Positions 62,204 through 64,000 of a stretch of DNA of 64,000 bases are shown in pieces. The notes beneath the pieces are model-generated. The model had not been told where the DNA came from, ran no database searches, and saw only the letters and a list, made by a program, of their open reading frames with translations. Both the position numbers and the translations under genes were made by a program. The stretch is from contig ONYN01000122.1 of the NCBI GenBank assembly GCA_900322085.1, positions 460-64,459 on the forward strand, given 5' to 3'. Source of the stretch: an uncultured Eubacteriales bacterium (lineage in GTDB: Bacteria; Bacillota; Clostridia; Oscillospirales; Acutalibacteraceae). Within the stretch, counting starts at the first letter, position 1. The number at the start of each line of letters is the position of its first letter.

Positions 62204-63759
62204 CCACGATACCAGCGACGCTCAGCCGATTTACGGCGACACCGCTGGGCAGCACAAAAAAGCGACGTGTGGCCGCCTACGCTCGTGTCAGTACCGATCA
62301 AGAAGAACAGCTGACAAGCTATGAGGCACAGGTCGATTATTACACAAACTACATCAAGGGCCGGGAGGACTGGGAATTCGCCGGGATCTACACGGATGAA
62401 GGTATCACCGGGACGAATACCAAAAAGCGCGAGGGCTTCAAAAGCATGGTGGCAGATGCGCTGGCCGGAAAGATTGACCTGATCATCACGAAGTCGGTCA
62501 GCCGCTTTGCTCGAAACACAGTCGACAGCCTGACCACGATCCGCTCCCTGAAAGAGCACAATGTCGAATGCTATTTCGAGAAGGAAAACATCTGGACCTT
62601 CGACGGCAAAGGCGAACTGCTCCTGACGATCATGTCCTCGTTGGCGCAGGAGGAAGCCCGCTCCATCTCAGAGAACTGCACATGGGGACAGCGGAAGCGA
62701 TTTGCAGACGGCAAGGTAACTGTTCCGTTTAATCGCTTCCTCGGCTACGACAGAGGCCCTGATGGAAATCTTGTGGTCAACCGGGAACAGGCAAAGCTGG
62801 TGCAGCGGATTTACGGGATGTTCCTCACAGGCATGTCCCCGATGAGGATTGCAAAGACGCTCACCGCCGAGGGTATTCCATCTCCGGGCGGCAAAGACCA
62901 CTGGAACCCCAGCAACATCAAGAGCATCCTCACGAACGAGAAATACAAAGGAGATGCGTTGCTCCAGAAAACCTACACGGTAGACTTCCTCACCAAAAAG
63001 AAAAAGGCCAACGAGGGCGAAATCCCGCAGTACTACGTCCGGGACAATCACGAGGCCATCATTTCCCCGGAGACCTTCGAGCGAGTACAAACCATGATGG
63101 CAGCCCGGACAAAGGGCAAGAATCGCCTGAGCTCCGTGAGCATCTTCTCCAGCAAGATTAAGTGCGGTGATTGCGGCAGCTGGTATGGCTCCAAGGTCTG
63201 GCACTCCAACGATAAATACCGCCGGATAATCTGGCAGTGCAATCACAAGTTTGAAGGCAAGAAATGCACCACACCGGTTTTGACCGAGGATGAAATCAAA
63301 GACATCTTCGTTCGGACCGCCAACATGGTGATTACAGAAAAGGACGAGATCTGCAGCACCTACGAGCAGATAATGGCACCGCTGCTTTCAACTTCCGAGC
63401 TCGAAAAGGAACAGGCAGAGCTGGAAACGGAAATCAATGTCACCGCCGAGCTCATCGAAGAGTGCATCAAGGAGAACGCACACGTTGCCCTTGATCAGGC
63501 CGATTACCAGAAACGCTACGATGCCTTAGTTGCTCGGTTTGAGAAAGCAAAAGACCGGCTCACAGAGATTTCCGACCTGATTGTTGACCGGCTGGCCCGG
63601 AGGCATCAGATTGAGATGTACCTGCAGGAACTCCGGGAGCGGGAGCTTATAACCGAGTTCCACGATGCCGACTGGCTCTCGATGGTCGACCACATTACCG
63701 TCTACAGCAAGAATGACATCCGCGTAAAGTTCAAAGACGGGACCGAGATAAAGGCATGA
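62188..63759 (+). CDS. Large serine recombinase 2
   Basis: The catalytic segments are RVAAYARVSTDQEEQ ... TKSVSRFARNTVD. The recombinase domain includes CGDCGSWYG ... WQCNHK, followed by a C-terminal coiled coil. It overlaps recombinase 1 by 16 nt. Confidence 0.9.
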   Translation: MAKSVTTIPATLSRFTATPLGSTKKRRVAAYARVSTDQEEQLTSYEAQVDYYTNYIKGREDWEFAGIYTDEGITGTNTKKREGFKSMVADALAGKIDLIITKSVSRFARNTVDSLTTIRSLKEHNVECYFEKENIWTFDGKGELLLTIMSSLAQEEARSISENCTWGQRKRFADGKVTVPFNRFLGYDRGPDGNLVVNREQAKLVQRIYGMFLTGMSPMRIAKTLTAEGIPSPGGKDHWNPSNIKSILTNEKYKGDALLQKTYTVDFLTKKKKANEGEIPQYYVRDNHEAIISPETFERVQTMMAARTKGKNRLSSVSIFSSKIKCGDCGSWYGSKVWHSNDKYRRIIWQCNHKFEGKKCTTPVLTEDEIKDIFVRTANMVITEKDEICSTYEQIMAPLLSTSELEKEQAELETEINVTAELIEECIKENAHVALDQADYQKRYDALVARFEKAKDRLTEISDLIVDRLARRHQIEMYLQELRERELITEFHDADWLSMVDHITVYSKNDIRVKFKDGTEIKA

Positions 63760-63764
63760 TGCAC

Positions 63765-63812
63765 ACAAGAAAATAGGCACCGGGCTACTGTTAATTCAGC
63801 GGCTCGGTGCCT
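63765..63812. terminator. Bidirectional terminator between recombinase 2 and a convergent gene
   Basis: aggcaccg (63765-63772) pairs with cggtgcct (63795-63802), extended by wobble pairs. T-rich tracts lie on both sides. Confidence 0.55.
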
Positions 63813-63816
63813 CTCT

Positions 63817-64000
63817 TTATTCTTCGTCTTCGACCTTGATGTCAAACAATCCCTCGCTCCGGAACTTGGCCAGAGTCTCCAGCATGTGTTTGCCGATTCG
63901 CTCCGGGTCATTGTCCAGCCCTGCACAGATGATCCGCAGGCCGTCCGGTGTAATGACACGACCGTGTAAAACGGCAGTCTTGTACTTTTCATATTCCACA
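63817..64000 (-). CDS. Hypothetical protein, C-terminal part (5' end off the right window edge)
   Basis: The frame is open to the window edge and ends ...FRSEGLFDIKVEDEE at 63817. The composition is GC-rich. I recognise no motif. Confidence 0.4.
   Translation of the reverse strand, partial: VEYEKYKTAVLHGRVITPDGLRIICAGLDNDPERIGKHMLETLAKFRSEGLFDIKVEDEE

Larger units (their letters stand above)
24211..63812 (+). mobile_element. Siphovirus-like prophage with tandem large serine recombinases at the right end (boundaries not resolved)
   Basis: The region carries complete replication, packaging, head, tail and lysis modules, all on the plus strand. It ends with two serine recombinase genes. Composition changes abruptly at ~24.2 kb. 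The att sites could not be identified by eye. Confidence 0.8.

Noticed and set aside
63817-64000. Right-edge minus-strand gene as the missing 5' half of hsdM (prophage inserted into hsdM)
   Set aside because: The sequence has no HsdM N-terminal motifs, is GC-rich unlike hsdM, and ends at its own stop codon followed by a terminator. The hypothesis remains open only for DNA beyond the window.
1-64000. tRNA, rRNA or tmRNA genes as integration targets
   Set aside because: I saw no cloverleaf-like or rRNA-like sequence in any intergenic gap. The gaps are short and are accounted for by promoters, terminators or the elements listed above. A tRNAscan/Infernal run would be needed to be certain.

Overview
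The window has two contrasting parts and looks like it comes from a Clostridia-type Firmicute. All homology calls below come from reading motifs by eye; no database search or computation was run.

Part A (1 to ~24.2 kb) is visibly AT-rich, and every gene is on the minus strand. It starts with the 5' part of a BspA-type LRR surface protein, which is missing from the ORF track. About 23 kb of back-to-back nucleic-acid-conflict genes follow:
- a wHTH/TnsA-like nuclease;
- a 1552-aa sacsin-type GHKL ATPase fused to a DUF3883 nuclease module;
- a type I R-M operon whose hsdM is 5'-truncated, with a RelA/SpoT-family pyrophosphokinase cistron wedged between hsdS and hsdR;
- a 5'(3')-deoxyribonucleotidase;
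- a GIY-YIG/DUF4357 nuclease;
- a complete pneumococcal-type DpnII GATC cassette (dpnM-dpnA-dpnB);
- a three-gene operon ending in a single-domain MutH homologue;
- an XRE-led Hachiman-like pair (enlarged HamA plus HamB helicase).

Part B (~24.3 to 63.8 kb) is visibly GC-rich, and every gene is on the plus strand. It is a complete siphovirus-like prophage with these modules:
- a sigma-like regulator;
- a DUF2800/DUF2815/PolA/primase-helicase/VRR-NUC/SNF2 replication module;
- HNH and TerS;
- a ~4-kb cargo block with a miniature MetK-like SAM synthetase and a ParB-methyltransferase;
- TerL, portal, ClpP protease and HK97 capsid;
- tail genes, including a -1 frameshift chaperone;
- holin and endolysin;
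- an HTH/Zn-ribbon protein and two tandem large serine recombinases.

The best candidates for undescribed biology are:
- the R-M-embedded RelA/SpoT gene;
- the GHKL-DUF3883 plus TnsA-like pair;
- the MutH-containing operon next to DpnII;
- non-coding elements in the prophage: a 40-bp two-copy repeat, a three-copy promoter-like element and a 96-nt composite palindrome.

No rRNA, tRNA or CRISPR array was seen.
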